A stretch of DNA of 52,074 nt from an uncultured Gammaproteobacteria bacterium. GTDB lineage: Bacteria > Patescibacteriota > Microgenomatia > Levybacterales > GWA1-39-11. This document shows positions 27,998 to 38,138 of this stretch, one piece after another (position 1 is the stretch's first letter; the number at the start of each line of letters is the position of its first letter). The stretch is from contig CAZXND010000003.1 in assembly GCA_964641355.1 (NCBI GenBank), forward strand, positions 66,903-118,976. Reading direction: 5' to 3'. The notes beneath the pieces are model-generated. The model made no database searches, had not been told where the DNA came from, and saw only the letters and a list, made by a program, of their open reading frames with translations. Both the position numbers and the translations under genes were made by a program.

Positions 27998-28810
27998 TCA
28001 TCTATAATTACTTGCAAAATCTTCACCTACAACGACTGTTACATCGGCAACTGCTCCCGCTTCTCTCTTCTCTCCCTTAGCACTAAAAAGACGTTCTAGT
28101 CTTTTAACTGTCTCGTTGTCTGCAATTCTCTTAATTATCTTTGTCTTTTTTTGATTTCTACCATTATTAATGACTACAATATCAAAACCTGCAGACTCAA
28201 GCATAGAAGCAACTTTCGTACCAAGACCTACAACATCAGTTGAATTAATTATCTCAATGCTAGTCTTCTCGTTTAAAAGCGTTTCTTCGTTTATGATTTC
28301 CCTCAAAAATTTTCTCGTATCCGTAATATTTTTTCCAACCAAATTAATGGAAGTTTTGTTTTCACTTTTAAGAGATCTCGTAACAAGATATGATTTTAAA
28401 ATGTCTAGAGAATTGAGATTATAATATTTTGATGAAAAAGTACCCATAAGAGCTGAAAGAGCACTCTTTAAACTCAGAAGCTGTGGAACACTACTATTAG
28501 AACTGACTATTAAACCATCAATAGGCACCTGAAATGCAAGCTCTGCAGTTGTTATTATCTCATCAGGCTTATGTTTATCTATTTTATTAAGAGTTATTTC
28601 AGCAAGAACATTCTCATTGGAATCTATATGGATAAGTTTAGAATTATTTTTTGATACTTGTAGAATATTAAAAGAATAGGTATTAAACTTTCTATTTGTA
28701 ACAAGCTTAAGAAGTTTAAAGGATAAAGAAAGAAAAACTAAAACTCCAACTACAAAAATAAATATTTTTAAATAGATAATTGTGTCATGTTCTTTTTGAA
28801 TTTTTTTCAT
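27998..28810 (-). CDS. LytR_C domain-containing membrane-anchored protein
   Basis: An N-terminal TM segment is followed by a C-terminal LytR_C-like pattern, IEIINSTDVVGLGTKVASMLESAGFDIVVINNG. Confidence 0.55.
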   Translation of the reverse strand: MKKIQKEHDTIIYLKIFIFVVGVLVFLSLSFKLLKLVTNRKFNTYSFNILQVSKNNSKLIHIDSNENVLAEITLNKIDKHKPDEIITTAELAFQVPIDGLIVSSNSSVPQLLSLKSALSALMGTFSSKYYNLNSLDILKSYLVTRSLKSENKTSINLVGKNITDTRKFLREIINEETLLNEKTSIEIINSTDVVGLGTKVASMLESAGFDIVVINNGRNQKKTKIIKRIADNETVKRLERLFSAKGEKREAGAVADVTVVVGEDFASNYR

Positions 28811-30495
28811 CCCGTTCTCCTACTCTTTGCTACGAATTCTACGACTCGGTCATCATCAAAACCAAAGACATTTAGAACTTCTCTTCCTATTCTAACACCC
28901 GCTTCAAACTCTGGAATTATCACACTATCTGCTCCCAAACTGAAAAGCTTCTTCTTATCATCAATCAGATGTGATCTACAGATAATTCTTATCTTGGGAT
29001 TAAGGGATATCGCTGCCTTTATTATCCTTTTTTGAGATATGTCATCAGGCACCGCAACTACAAGAACTTTTGCCTGAGCAATATTCGCTGACTCCAATGT
29101 TTCATAATCGGTAGGGTCTGCATATAGTGCTCTTTTATTTTTTGCAAGCAAGTCGTTAATAATATTTCTGTCAAAATCTATCACTATGTACGGAATATTT
29201 CCATAATCAAGAAGTTTTCTTACCTCCTTACCAACTCTTCCATGCCCACAGATCACTACATGATCTGAAAATTTCTCATCATCCCCCAAGGTCACATTTC
29301 TTTCTTTTTTTATACTTTTTAAAAAGGGTAAATTTCCGAGCGAACCTAAGTTGTAAGCATTAGATGTCCAAATAGGAATCGACAAAAGAGAGATAATAAA
29401 AATAGACAATAAAAGATTGTATGAACTTTTATCAATATAGTGATTAACGAAAGCTATTTGACCAATTATAATTGAAAACTCTCCAATGTTTGTGAGATGA
29501 GAAGCGATGAAAATATTTGCTGATCCTATAAAGCGAGCTATTTTAAGCAATAGAAAAATTATTATAAATTTTTCAGAGAGAACAACAAAAGCAAGAATAA
29601 GTATTAAGGGCAAATTTTGAGCAAGAAAAGATAAATCTAAAAACATACCTACCATTACAAAGAACAAAACTAAAAAAACATCTCTAATAGGTCTTATCTC
29701 TGATAATGGAGCGAGATTTTTTCCTTGTTCTGAAACTATTACTCCAGCAAGAAAAGCAGCAATTGTCTCAGGAATTCCAAGACTTACTAAAGCTCCAATA
29801 GATACTGCAGAAATGAAAATTGTAGCAAGAATTGTAAGTTCATGAATCGGGTATCTAAAAATAAGATTCAAAAATTTAGAGAGAAAAATTTTGCTTGCAA
29901 AATAGATCCCTATAAACACAATAAAAGCTTTTAAACAAATTGTTAGAAAAATCCATATGAGATTTGTTTCTATTGAGCTTTTTGAAAAAAGGATTGGAAG
30001 GAGAAAGATTGCCGGAACCACAAATAAATCTTGGATTATCAATAGTATAAAAACATTATTTCCGGGAAAGTCGGTAAGAAGACCTTTTTCTTCAAGAAGT
30101 TTTACAATTACTGCAGTTGAAGAAAAAGCGGTAACTATTCCGAAAAAAACTGATACGTTAAAAGCAAATCCAAAAATAGAAAAAATAAAAAAACTTATCA
30201 CGCTTGTGATAATAACTTGCAAGATTCCAATGAACAGTACTTTACTACTTAATTTAAGAATCATGTCAATCTTTATTTCAAACCCAAGAGTAAATAAAAG
30301 AAGCGAAATTCCAAGTTGAGAAAGTGCAAACAAAGAAGAATAAGATTCAATCGCGCTTCTACCTATGGCTCCGAAAATAATTCCAGAGGTAATATACCCA
30401 AGAAGCGGAGGAAGATTTAAAGTTCTTGCAAAAAATCCGCCCAAGAAAGCGGCAGTTATTATCAATATTAACTCAAAAATCAGGTTATGGGGCAT
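28807..30495 (-). CDS. Cation:proton antiporter (CPA2/Kef-type) with a C-terminal RCK/TrkA-N domain
   Basis: About 12 TM helices are followed by the Rossmann motif VVICGHGRVGKEV. Confidence 0.85.
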   Translation of the reverse strand: MPHNLIFELILIITAAFLGGFFARTLNLPPLLGYITSGIIFGAIGRSAIESYSSLFALSQLGISLLLFTLGFEIKIDMILKLSSKVLFIGILQVIITSVISFFIFSIFGFAFNVSVFFGIVTAFSSTAVIVKLLEEKGLLTDFPGNNVFILLIIQDLFVVPAIFLLPILFSKSSIETNLIWIFLTICLKAFIVFIGIYFASKIFLSKFLNLIFRYPIHELTILATIFISAVSIGALVSLGIPETIAAFLAGVIVSEQGKNLAPLSEIRPIRDVFLVLFFVMVGMFLDLSFLAQNLPLILILAFVVLSEKFIIIFLLLKIARFIGSANIFIASHLTNIGEFSIIIGQIAFVNHYIDKSSYNLLLSIFIISLLSIPIWTSNAYNLGSLGNLPFLKSIKKERNVTLGDDEKFSDHVVICGHGRVGKEVRKLLDYGNIPYIVIDFDRNIINDLLAKNKRALYADPTDYETLESANIAQAKVLVVAVPDDISQKRIIKAAISLNPKIRIICRSHLIDDKKKLFSLGADSVIIPEFEAGVRIGREVLNVFGFDDDRVVEFVAKSRRTG

Positions 30496-30505
30496 TGTAT
30501 AAAGT

Positions 30506-31228
30506 TTAGGATAAGGAAGCTATAAAATCAACAAGCTCAGTTGGAAGACTTGCCTCAAACTCCATCGATTCACCTCTTTTTGGATGAACTATTTTAATTT
30601 TTTTTGCATGTAAAAAATGTCTTGTTAAAAGTTTTCTATCATCTCTTGCAGTTTTTCTACCAGCATATGTTGAATCTGAAAAGATCGGAAAACCTAAATA
30701 TTTAAAATGAACTCTAATTTGATGTGTTCTACCTGTTTTGGGATAAACATTCACTAACGTTAACTTTTCTTCTTTTTTTCCAATCCTAGTCGAAAATTCT
30801 TTAAGCACTTTATAGATAGTTTTTGATTCTCTTCCCTCCGCAATTACACCAAATTTTTTTCTATCCCAAGGTAATCGACCAATAGGAGCATTTACCTCTC
30901 CTTCTGTTGGAGTAACTTTTCCATGTACCAGAGCTTCATAAGTCTTTTCTACTTCTCTTGATTTAAATTGTCTTTGAAGCTCTAAAAAAGTCTCTTCATC
31001 TTTTGCTACAACTATAACTCCAGAAGTTTCTTTATCCAATCTATGAACAATTCCACTTCTTGAAAGGAATTCACTTGACTCATTAGAAACTACTCCAATT
31101 TTTTTTTCAATCCATTCTTGCAACGTAGGCTGACCAACTGAAGTGTCCGCTTTATTTACAATGAGCCCTGCTGGTTTATTAACTACTAGAATAAAATCAT
31201 CCTCAAAAAGAATTTCAGGTTCTATCAT
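30506..31228 (-). CDS. RluA-family pseudouridine synthase
   Basis: HRLDKETSGVIVVAK carries the catalytic Asp motif, and GRTHQIRVH is also present. There is no S4 domain. Confidence 0.9.
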   Translation of the reverse strand: MIEPEILFEDDFILVVNKPAGLIVNKADTSVGQPTLQEWIEKKIGVVSNESSEFLSRSGIVHRLDKETSGVIVVAKDEETFLELQRQFKSREVEKTYEALVHGKVTPTEGEVNAPIGRLPWDRKKFGVIAEGRESKTIYKVLKEFSTRIGKKEEKLTLVNVYPKTGRTHQIRVHFKYLGFPIFSDSTYAGRKTARDDRKLLTRHFLHAKKIKIVHPKRGESMEFEASLPTELVDFIASLS

Positions 31229-31896
31229 TTTCTTTTTTTAAAGAAAAGCAAATTCTGATTGTAAACAAAAAATCCCAGCGATAAAAAAAGAGTTATAAAA
31301 CTCAAATAGAATGACGGAGAAATGGATAAATTCTTTCCAAATAAAACCTCGAGAACAAAATTTTGTACACTAACTAAGAAGAAAATCAAGAAAGTCACAC
31401 TACCATCTTTCAACTTATAATTTTTATTTATTCTAAAAAGAAAAATAATAAAAATTAAACAAATAACAAAAACTCCAATTTCAATAAAATAATACATTTT
31501 TGATAAATATGGAACTAAAAATGAAGATAAAAAAACAGGAGAAAAAGAAAGAGCAAAAATATCAAATACCCTAGGTAGAGCCTTCTGTTTCTTTAATCTT
31601 AAATAAATCCAAAGAGCTAGCGTTATATAAAATCCAAAAAGAGAAAGACCTTCAGTTTTAAAGATATGGAAGAAAGACAAAGGGTTAAGAAGATTCCAAG
31701 AATTTGTATCAAAAATATAAAAAATTCGTGAAATAATCCCGGCAATAATTACTCCACTTATTCCTAAATTAAAAATTTCTGTGAGAGAAACATTTTGTCT
31801 TACCAAAACAAAATCATTTTTCGAAAGAATATAAAGAATAAAAAAAGAAATAAACAAAGCAAGTATAAATCCTAAATAAAGTAAAAAAACTAACAT
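31225..31896 (-). CDS. Polytopic membrane protein, unknown function
   Basis: 223 aa with about 6-7 TM helices and a 4-nt overlap with the downstream rluA-family gene. No diagnostic motif was recognised. Confidence 0.55.
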   Translation of the reverse strand: MLVFLLYLGFILALFISFFILYILSKNDFVLVRQNVSLTEIFNLGISGVIIAGIISRIFYIFDTNSWNLLNPLSFFHIFKTEGLSLFGFYITLALWIYLRLKKQKALPRVFDIFALSFSPVFLSSFLVPYLSKMYYFIEIGVFVICLIFIIFLFRINKNYKLKDGSVTFLIFFLVSVQNFVLEVLFGKNLSISPSFYLSFITLFLSLGFFVYNQNLLFFKKRK

Positions 31897-31897
31897 A

Positions 31898-33172
31898 TTA
31901 TTTTTTAAAACTAATTGGTGAAAATCCTATTCTTACAAACCCTATCATTAAAACAACTACTCCCATCCCAACTAATACACTTCCAACCCCGACTATATCT
32001 GCCAAACCTCCCGCGATAACAATGGGGGGAATTGACAAAACCCCAACCAGGGAGAATAAAAGTCCATATATTTTAGATGTTTGTCCTAATGGAGTTTTTT
32101 CTTGTAAGATTGCCTGACTTGGAACAAACACTAAGGCATTTGCACACCCAGCAATAAAAGCAATAATAAACGTAGAAATTAAAGTAAATGTAGGGGAAAA
32201 AACAGAAGTGAAAGGAAATGCGCACAAAGCAAAGCTTGACGCAAATACACCATAGTTCATTACTTTATTTTTATCGCTTTTAGAAAAAACGCTTCCTACA
32301 AAAAGTGCAGAAATTATCATTCCAAGCGCAGCAGGAGCAAACAATAGTAGGGAAAGATCTTCTGCCTGAATATTCAAGATCGTTTTTGCATAACCTGGAA
32401 CAACAGTGGCAAGAACCAAAACTATTATTTGAGAAAATGCTAATAGAAAAAAAGCCGCTCCTATATCATCAATATCCTTTAAAAGTCTGTAGCTCTCTGC
32501 AAGTTGAGAGAAAAATCCACCACTTACTTTTTCGGGTAAATCTATTTTCTGCTCTTTTTCTTTCTCTGCCAAAGATTCTTTTTTTAATAGAAGAAAAGCG
32601 AAAATTCCAGCAATCAAAAAAATTCCCCCAAGAAATAGAAACACCTCTGCTCTACCCACAAATTTAACCAGAGGCCCTGCGAGTACATACCCCAAAAGAA
32701 CAGTGGCAAAAAAACCCATCCCGAATACGGAATTAGCTGGTACAAGTTTTTCTTTTTTCACAAGTCTTGGAATCAAAGGAGCCTCCGCCGGAACATAAAG
32801 TTGTGTGATTGTAGAAATTAAAAAAGTAATTGAGTAAACAATAGTCAAAGAGTTGTTGAAATAAAAAAGGACCACAAGAATCCCTGCTCTGAAAAAATTC
32901 CCAACAACAAGAATTAATCTTTTATCATAATGATCTGCAAGAATTCCTCCAAAGTAACTTAGGAATATCTGTGGAAAAAGAAGCATTAATACCAACATCG
33001 AAACTGCGAAATTGGAAGACGTAAGGTGAAATACTAAAAAAAGAAGAACTACGTATGTAGTATTGAATGCAAGTTGGGAGAAAATAACTGCAAAAGTAAA
33101 ATATAGATAATCAAGACCTGCAAAAAGCTTGGCAAATTCGCCAAAAGCAATACTGTTTTTTAAAAATTTCAT
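31898..33172 (-). CDS. MFS transporter
   Basis: 424 aa with about 12 TM helices and the MFS-like loop GGILADHYDKRL after TM2. Confidence 0.8.
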   Translation of the reverse strand: MKFLKNSIAFGEFAKLFAGLDYLYFTFAVIFSQLAFNTTYVVLLFLVFHLTSSNFAVSMLVLMLLFPQIFLSYFGGILADHYDKRLILVVGNFFRAGILVVLFYFNNSLTIVYSITFLISTITQLYVPAEAPLIPRLVKKEKLVPANSVFGMGFFATVLLGYVLAGPLVKFVGRAEVFLFLGGIFLIAGIFAFLLLKKESLAEKEKEQKIDLPEKVSGGFFSQLAESYRLLKDIDDIGAAFFLLAFSQIIVLVLATVVPGYAKTILNIQAEDLSLLLFAPAALGMIISALFVGSVFSKSDKNKVMNYGVFASSFALCAFPFTSVFSPTFTLISTFIIAFIAGCANALVFVPSQAILQEKTPLGQTSKIYGLLFSLVGVLSIPPIVIAGGLADIVGVGSVLVGMGVVVLMIGFVRIGFSPISFKK

Positions 33173-33177
33173 CGAGG

Positions 33178-33732
33178 TTAAGCTCTTTTAGTATAGCTCC
33201 CGTCTCTCGTATCTACAACTATCGAGTCTCCTTCATCAATGAAAAGAGGCACTCTTACTTTAATCCCATTCTCTAAAATTGCATCTTTATATACATTAGA
33301 AGCTGAGTCTCCTTTTACGCCAGGTGCAGTTTCTTTTACTTTTAAAGTAACCTTTGGAGGAAGAATTAGATCCAAAGGCTCCTCATGATACAATTGCAAG
33401 GTTGCAATCTCTCCTTCTTTAAGAAACTCATTACCAAATAATAATTTAAGAGGAACCGTCACTTGTTCAAAATTAGTCTGATTCATAAAATAAGCATTTT
33501 CTGAATCTTTATATAGAAATTGAAATTCCTTTTTCTCTAGAGGAATATCACTTACTTGAGCGTGTGAAATAAAACTCTTTTCAGTGATAGATCCTGTTCT
33601 TAAATTTCTTGTCTTAATCTTTACATTGGCTGATCCTCTACCCATCTTAATGTGCTCATAGGTGAGAACAACGAAGATCTCTCCATTTTCTTCAAATGTA
33701 GTACCTGCACGTAAAGATGTTACTGATATCAT
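33178..33732 (-). CDS. efp: Translation elongation factor P
   Basis: 184 aa with the KMGRGSANVKIKTRNL loop region and three OB/KOW-like domains. Confidence 0.93.
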   Translation of the reverse strand: MISVTSLRAGTTFEENGEIFVVLTYEHIKMGRGSANVKIKTRNLRTGSITEKSFISHAQVSDIPLEKKEFQFLYKDSENAYFMNQTNFEQVTVPLKLLFGNEFLKEGEIATLQLYHEEPLDLILPPKVTLKVKETAPGVKGDSASNVYKDAILENGIKVRVPLFIDEGDSIVVDTRDGSYTKRA

Positions 33733-33740
33733 AGGAAAAA

Positions 33741-34706
33741 TTAAGCTTTTTTAGTTCTTTTATATCTAATGAGGCCTGAGCAAGGAATAACTTCTACCCC
33801 ATGCTTCTCTACTGCATCAAGAAATAGATTAGCTCCAATTGAATCCGCAGCCATATGCCCTGTATCAATTACATTAATATGAAGTTTTCGAAGTTCATTA
33901 ACAGCATCTTCTGGAAGATGCATCTCGACAAGCGTCCCTACTCCTGCCTTTGCCATTTCAATATATAACTCCTTAGATGGATTTGTCCCTCCGGTGAAGG
34001 ACACAACAACCTTTCCAGCTCTCCTATTCCTATTTCCCGATACTATATCGGGTCCTGATTTACCTCGTCTTGCCTCCTCAAACTCCGGAATTTCGTTGAT
34101 CACATCAAAAATATCACCAACTGTGTCATATTTTTCTTTATTAAGAAGCTTAGTCATAAAATCATTTCCCATATTATCCCAAATCGTATGAAGAGCAAGA
34201 AGAGGCATTTTAAGAAGCCTTGCAGCGTCTACACTTTGACCATGATTAAGAGGCCCGAATCTTCTTTTAACATACTCTTTTCTTTCCTCAAAGAGCGCAT
34301 GGGCAACATTAACTGGAACTCCCGCTTGCTCATACATATCTACTTGAACATCCATAACCTCCCAAAGACTTGCTAAAGCATTTCCCGCAGGATGATGAGA
34401 AATTACGAGATCGATTTTTGCACCTTGATCATTTAACCGATCAGCGAGGATAATTTCCGTCGCATCAGCATCAATTCCTGCCATAAGCTTCTTGACTGCG
34501 GTCTTAGGATTTCCATACAGAATTCTAGAATCTGAATATGGATTTACAAGGGACTCTTTATCAAAATACTCTTTATCCTTTTTTGAAGCATTTTCATACT
34601 CCTTCTTTCTTCTTTCTAAGAGCTTCTTTATTCCAGAACTACCCCTAGGGTCTGCTTTTACCCCCATTTCTACAGCCAAATCGTACAATTCTTGAAGAGT
34701 TAACAT
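33741..34706 (-). CDS. NIF3 (DUF34)-like metal-binding protein
   Basis: DLVISHHP and the C-terminal DTGHMAADS resemble NIF3 dinuclear-site motifs. The assignment is tentative. Confidence 0.5.
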   Translation of the reverse strand: MLTLQELYDLAVEMGVKADPRGSSGIKKLLERRKKEYENASKKDKEYFDKESLVNPYSDSRILYGNPKTAVKKLMAGIDADATEIILADRLNDQGAKIDLVISHHPAGNALASLWEVMDVQVDMYEQAGVPVNVAHALFEERKEYVKRRFGPLNHGQSVDAARLLKMPLLALHTIWDNMGNDFMTKLLNKEKYDTVGDIFDVINEIPEFEEARRGKSGPDIVSGNRNRRAGKVVVSFTGGTNPSKELYIEMAKAGVGTLVEMHLPEDAVNELRKLHINVIDTGHMAADSIGANLFLDAVEKHGVEVIPCSGLIRYKRTKKA

Positions 34707-34708
34707 TT

Positions 34709-34743
34709 AAAAAAGGCAAAACCTCGCTTCTTGCAGGTTTTGC
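34709..34743 (-). terminator. Intrinsic-terminator-like hairpin plus T6, immediately upstream of the NIF3-like start codon
   Basis: On the minus strand: GCAAAACCT-(10 nt)-AGGTTTTGC, then C TTTTTT, then AA-ATG. The arms are at 34735-34743 and 34716-34724. Confidence 0.6.
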
Positions 34744-34785
34744 ACCTGAAAGTATATAATATTGAAGCCAAAAACTCAATTGCAA
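34731..34785. promoter_or_regulatory. Overlapping face-to-face promoters (tRNA operon on plus, NIF3-efp operon on minus)
   Basis: Plus strand: TTGCAG (34731-36), 18 nt, TATAAT (34755-60). Minus strand: TTGCAA (34785-80), 18 nt, TATTAT (34761-56). The two -10 hexamers overlap. Confidence 0.5.
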
Positions 34786-34789
34786 ATTA

Positions 34790-34875
34790 GCCGCGGTGGT
34801 GGAATGGTAGACACGCAGGTCTCAAAAACCTGTGAGCCTTTAAAGCTCATGTCGGTTCGATCCCGACTCGCGGCA
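34790..34875 (+). tRNA. tRNA-Leu (anticodon CAA)
   Basis: The acceptor GCCGCGG/TCGCGGC, the anticodon arm CAGGT-CTCAAAA-ACCTG, a long variable arm and the T-arm GTCGG-TTCGATC-CCGAC are all present. No CCA is encoded. Confidence 0.95.
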
Positions 34876-34880
34876 CATTA

Positions 34881-34953
34881 GGGCTTGTAGTTCACCTGGT
34901 AGAACACTGCATTCGCATTGCAGAGGTAGGCGGTTCGAGTCCGCCCAAGTCCA
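34881..34953 (+). tRNA. tRNA-Ala (anticodon CGC)
   Basis: The acceptor GGGCTTG/CAAGTCC includes the G3:U70 identity pair. The anticodon arm is CTGCA-TTCGCAT-TGCAG and the T-arm is GGCGG-TTCGAGT-CCGCC. Confidence 0.95.
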
Positions 34954-34959
34954 CTTCAA

Positions 34960-36303
34960 CTAACTCGGAGGAAGGGCTTCTCCCCCTTCGCGCTTATGAT
35001 CGACATTGTAAAATCTAATCCTATCACCTCTAAATAATAATTCCTTCTCTCCAACAGGGCCATTTCTATGCTTTGCTACGGAAACTCTCACAATTCTTTG
35101 AGGAGAGAATTCTTCATCTGCTGTATATAAAAACATAACAACATCTGCGTCTTGTTCGATTGCACCTGATTCTCTAAGATCGGCAAGTTGAGGTTTTCTT
35201 TCTCCTCTATGCTCAACTGCACGAGAGAGCTGTGAAACTGCAATAACTGGGATCTTAAGTTCACGTGCTAGATTTTTTAAATTTTGAGAGACATAAGTTA
35301 CTTCTTGCACTCTATTCTCAAATCTTCTTCCTGGATCTACAAGTTGTAAATAATCAACAATTAAAAGTCTTAGTCCTGTCTCCATTTGAAGTCGTCTTGC
35401 TTTCGTTCTTATTTCTGCTATTGAAATTCCTGGTGTATCGTCTATAAAAATTGGAGCCTCTGCCAACTCTCCCATGGCATTTGACAACCTCTCAAAATCG
35501 TCATCTGAGAGTTTACCAGTCTTAAGCTTCCAAGCATCTAAATCACACTGACTTATAAGCATACGGTCAACCAATTCTTCCTTACTCATTTCCAAAGAAA
35601 ATATCCCTACAGACTTTTTTGTATCGACCGACACATGTTGTGCAATGTTAATTACAAAAGCTGTTTTTCCTTGTCCAGGTCGTGCGGCGAGAACGACTAA
35701 ATTAGACTCCTGAAGACCGGATAATAAAAAATCAAGATCAACGAATCCAGTCTCGATTCCTCTAAAAATTTCACCGCTTTTATGAAGTTCATCAAGCCTA
35801 TCAAAACTTTGAGCGAGAGCATCTTTTATGTGAAAAAATCCTTGTCTAACATTTTCTTGCGAGACTTGAAAAATACTCTGCTCAGCTCGATCCAACACCT
35901 CTCCTGACTCTGTATCTTCTGTAAATGCCATATCTGTAAGACTTGCACCAATCTTAATAAGAGATCTTCTAACATATTTTTCCCTTACAATCTGGGCATA
36001 ATGCAAAACATTTGCTGAAGTCGGAACGATATTTGTTAAAGTAGAGAGATAACCTGTACCTCCAGTTTTTTCATAAACATTTCTCTTTTTGAGAAGATTT
36101 GTCAATGTTAGAACATCGATAGGTTTTCTTTCCTCATAGAGCTCTATCATTGCTGAATAAATTTGCTTATTACTTTCGTTGTAAAAGTGTTCTGGTTTTA
36201 CAATTTCTGAAACAGTTGTAATTGCTTCTTTATCAATAAGAAGGGCGCCTAGCACGGCCTGCTCGGCTTCGTCATCATGTGGAGGAATTCTTGTTACAGC
36301 CAT
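34960..36303 (-). CDS. dnaB: Replicative DNA helicase DnaB
   Basis: PPHDDEAEQAVLGALLID, Walker A ARPGQGKTAF and QLSRAVE blocks are present. Confidence 0.97.
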   Translation of the reverse strand: MAVTRIPPHDDEAEQAVLGALLIDKEAITTVSEIVKPEHFYNESNKQIYSAMIELYEERKPIDVLTLTNLLKKRNVYEKTGGTGYLSTLTNIVPTSANVLHYAQIVREKYVRRSLIKIGASLTDMAFTEDTESGEVLDRAEQSIFQVSQENVRQGFFHIKDALAQSFDRLDELHKSGEIFRGIETGFVDLDFLLSGLQESNLVVLAARPGQGKTAFVINIAQHVSVDTKKSVGIFSLEMSKEELVDRMLISQCDLDAWKLKTGKLSDDDFERLSNAMGELAEAPIFIDDTPGISIAEIRTKARRLQMETGLRLLIVDYLQLVDPGRRFENRVQEVTYVSQNLKNLARELKIPVIAVSQLSRAVEHRGERKPQLADLRESGAIEQDADVVMFLYTADEEFSPQRIVRVSVAKHRNGPVGEKELLFRGDRIRFYNVDHKREGGEALPPS

Positions 36304-36350
36304 CGGAGTTTAATAATAAGACCAGCGATCGAAGAATACAATATATCTAT

Positions 36351-36845
36351 TTATTTGGACAAATATACGATATTTCCCTCAAGCTCGTCTCTCTTCTTAA
36401 GATTAACCTTTTCCTTTTTGGATGCAGACGCAGGAGCATTCTCTTCTTTTCCATATAAAAGTACCAACGATGAAGTTAAAGATGCAACCTTTCCCTCGTC
36501 AAACTTAGAATTAAGACCTAAAACAACTGCGCTTATATTTTCATCATTTTCGATTTCAACTTTATTTACAGCTGAAAACTGTGCAACAATTACTGTAAAA
36601 TTTCCATCGCTGACTTTATAAATTACATCTTCTCCTTTTCTCTCTCCACTAATGGTTACACCTGAAACTTCATAATCACCCGGGCCTCTTACGATCAATT
36701 TTTCCTGTTCTTTTTGAAAGTATTTACTTGGATCGTCTGTTAAAATTACCACCTCTCCGTCTCCTTCACCGGTTGGTTCAACAACGATAGCTACTGTCTT
36801 CGTTTTTATTTTTATAGAGGAATCTTGTAGTCTTGAAATTTCCAT
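36351..36845 (-). CDS. Hypothetical protein (164 aa)
   Basis: The N-terminus loosely resembles the first strands of an MBL fold but lacks the His motif. No confident family was found. Confidence 0.45.
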   Translation of the reverse strand: MEISRLQDSSIKIKTKTVAIVVEPTGEGDGEVVILTDDPSKYFQKEQEKLIVRGPGDYEVSGVTISGERKGEDVIYKVSDGNFTVIVAQFSAVNKVEIENDENISAVVLGLNSKFDEGKVASLTSSLVLLYGKEENAPASASKKEKVNLKKRDELEGNIVYLSK

Positions 36846-36950
36846 TGGTAAAAAAAGGTAAAAGACATCGTATCACAAAAGCAGTTTCCTTGACAAGAGG
36901 CCGTTTATCTACTATGATATGTCGTACTTACTCAAAAAGCACCCCTATTT

Positions 36951-37379
36951 ATGAAGGAGAGATTAATAATTGTTTTTGTTGCTGTTATAATTGGTCTTAT
37001 AGTAACAACTGCAGCCTTTTTTCTTTATCAATCAACCTTAAATGTAAAAAAAGAAGAAGGAATTACAAAAAGCGAAAGTAAAACAAACTCAAAAAACACA
37101 ACAGATGGCAAATTATTCATTACTATCGATGAACCAAAAAATGAATCAGTTGTCTCTACTCGTACTATCCAAATAAAAGGAAGAACTAACAATGAAAATA
37201 CTCTTATTGCTTCATCTAACCAAGAAGATGTCGTTGCAAATCCCACAGAAGATGGAACCTATGCTATAACTTTAAGCATTGAAGTAGGTACAAATAAAAT
37301 AATAGTTAGAGCTGTCAACCCTGACGGTGAAGAGGTACAAGAAACGAGAATAGTATCTTTTACAACTGAGGAATTTTAA
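36951..37379 (+). CDS. Membrane-anchored protein with an Ig-like beta domain
   Basis: An N-terminal TM segment (LIIVFVAVIIGLIVTTAAFFL) is followed by a beta-rich domain, ...IQIKGRT...GTYAITLSIEVGTNKIIVRAVNPDG. Confidence 0.55.
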   Translation: MKERLIIVFVAVIIGLIVTTAAFFLYQSTLNVKKEEGITKSESKTNSKNTTDGKLFITIDEPKNESVVSTRTIQIKGRTNNENTLIASSNQEDVVANPTEDGTYAITLSIEVGTNKIIVRAVNPDGEEVQETRIVSFTTEEF

Positions 37380-38138
37380 ATGAAAAAAATTACAATCTTT
37401 ATATTCGTTCTTTTTTTATTGTTAACGCCTGTTGTCCATGCCGTCTCGACAACCCCAATTCCTACTCAAACAGAACAAAATCAAATAGAAAAAATTAAAG
37501 AAATGGTTGCTTCAAAAGTTGCAGAACTTAACTTAGTAGAGAAAAGGGGAATTCTTGGTACGGTAAAGAATATAACAGGAACCAAACTGACAGTAGCCGA
37601 TAGTCAAGGAAGCGAAAGAATAATTGACACAGATGAATTAACAAAGTTTCAGGATGATGTAGGTTCATCAAAAACTTTCGGAATTTCTGACATAAAAAAA
37701 GGCGAAGAACTTTCTTTTATAGGGCTCTTTAATAAGGATACCGAAAGACTACTCTCTCGACTAGTGGTACGCACACGTTCTATTCCAATTTTTTTAGAAG
37801 GAATCGTTGATGATAAAAATTTGTCAGATTTTACTCTTTCAGTTATTGACGAAAATGGAACTAAAAAAACAATTAATATTGAAAACACTACAAAAACTAT
37901 AGTACATACAGAAGATGGCCTTTTAAAGTCCGGGTTTTCTAAAATCGGAGTAGGAGAAAGAATACTAGTAGCTGGATTCTTTGATACGAAAGACAAAAGT
38001 CAGATAAATGCAACAAGAGTGACTCATTTTGAAGACATTCCACCTTCTCCCCTAATGGCTCAAAAGAGAGGTGGAATTGGAAAAGAATCTACAAGCTCCT
38101 CTGGAGGAGGAAAAAAAATAACCCCTATAACTCAATAA
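37380..38138 (+). CDS. Secreted hypothetical protein
   Basis: It has a signal peptide, MKKITIFIFVLFLLLTPVVHA. Its ATG at 37380 directly abuts the upstream gene's TAA stop at 37377-37379. Confidence 0.55.
   Translation: MKKITIFIFVLFLLLTPVVHAVSTTPIPTQTEQNQIEKIKEMVASKVAELNLVEKRGILGTVKNITGTKLTVADSQGSERIIDTDELTKFQDDVGSSKTFGISDIKKGEELSFIGLFNKDTERLLSRLVVRTRSIPIFLEGIVDDKNLSDFTLSVIDENGTKKTINIENTTKTIVHTEDGLLKSGFSKIGVGERILVAGFFDTKDKSQINATRVTHFEDIPPSPLMAQKRGGIGKESTSSSGGGKKITPITQ

Noticed and set aside
36833-37081. 82-aa ORF bridging the divergent region at 36846-36950
   Set aside because: It overlaps the start of the 164-aa minus-strand gene and the better-supported ORF at 36951-37379 in another frame. 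Its translation is basic and low-complexity.
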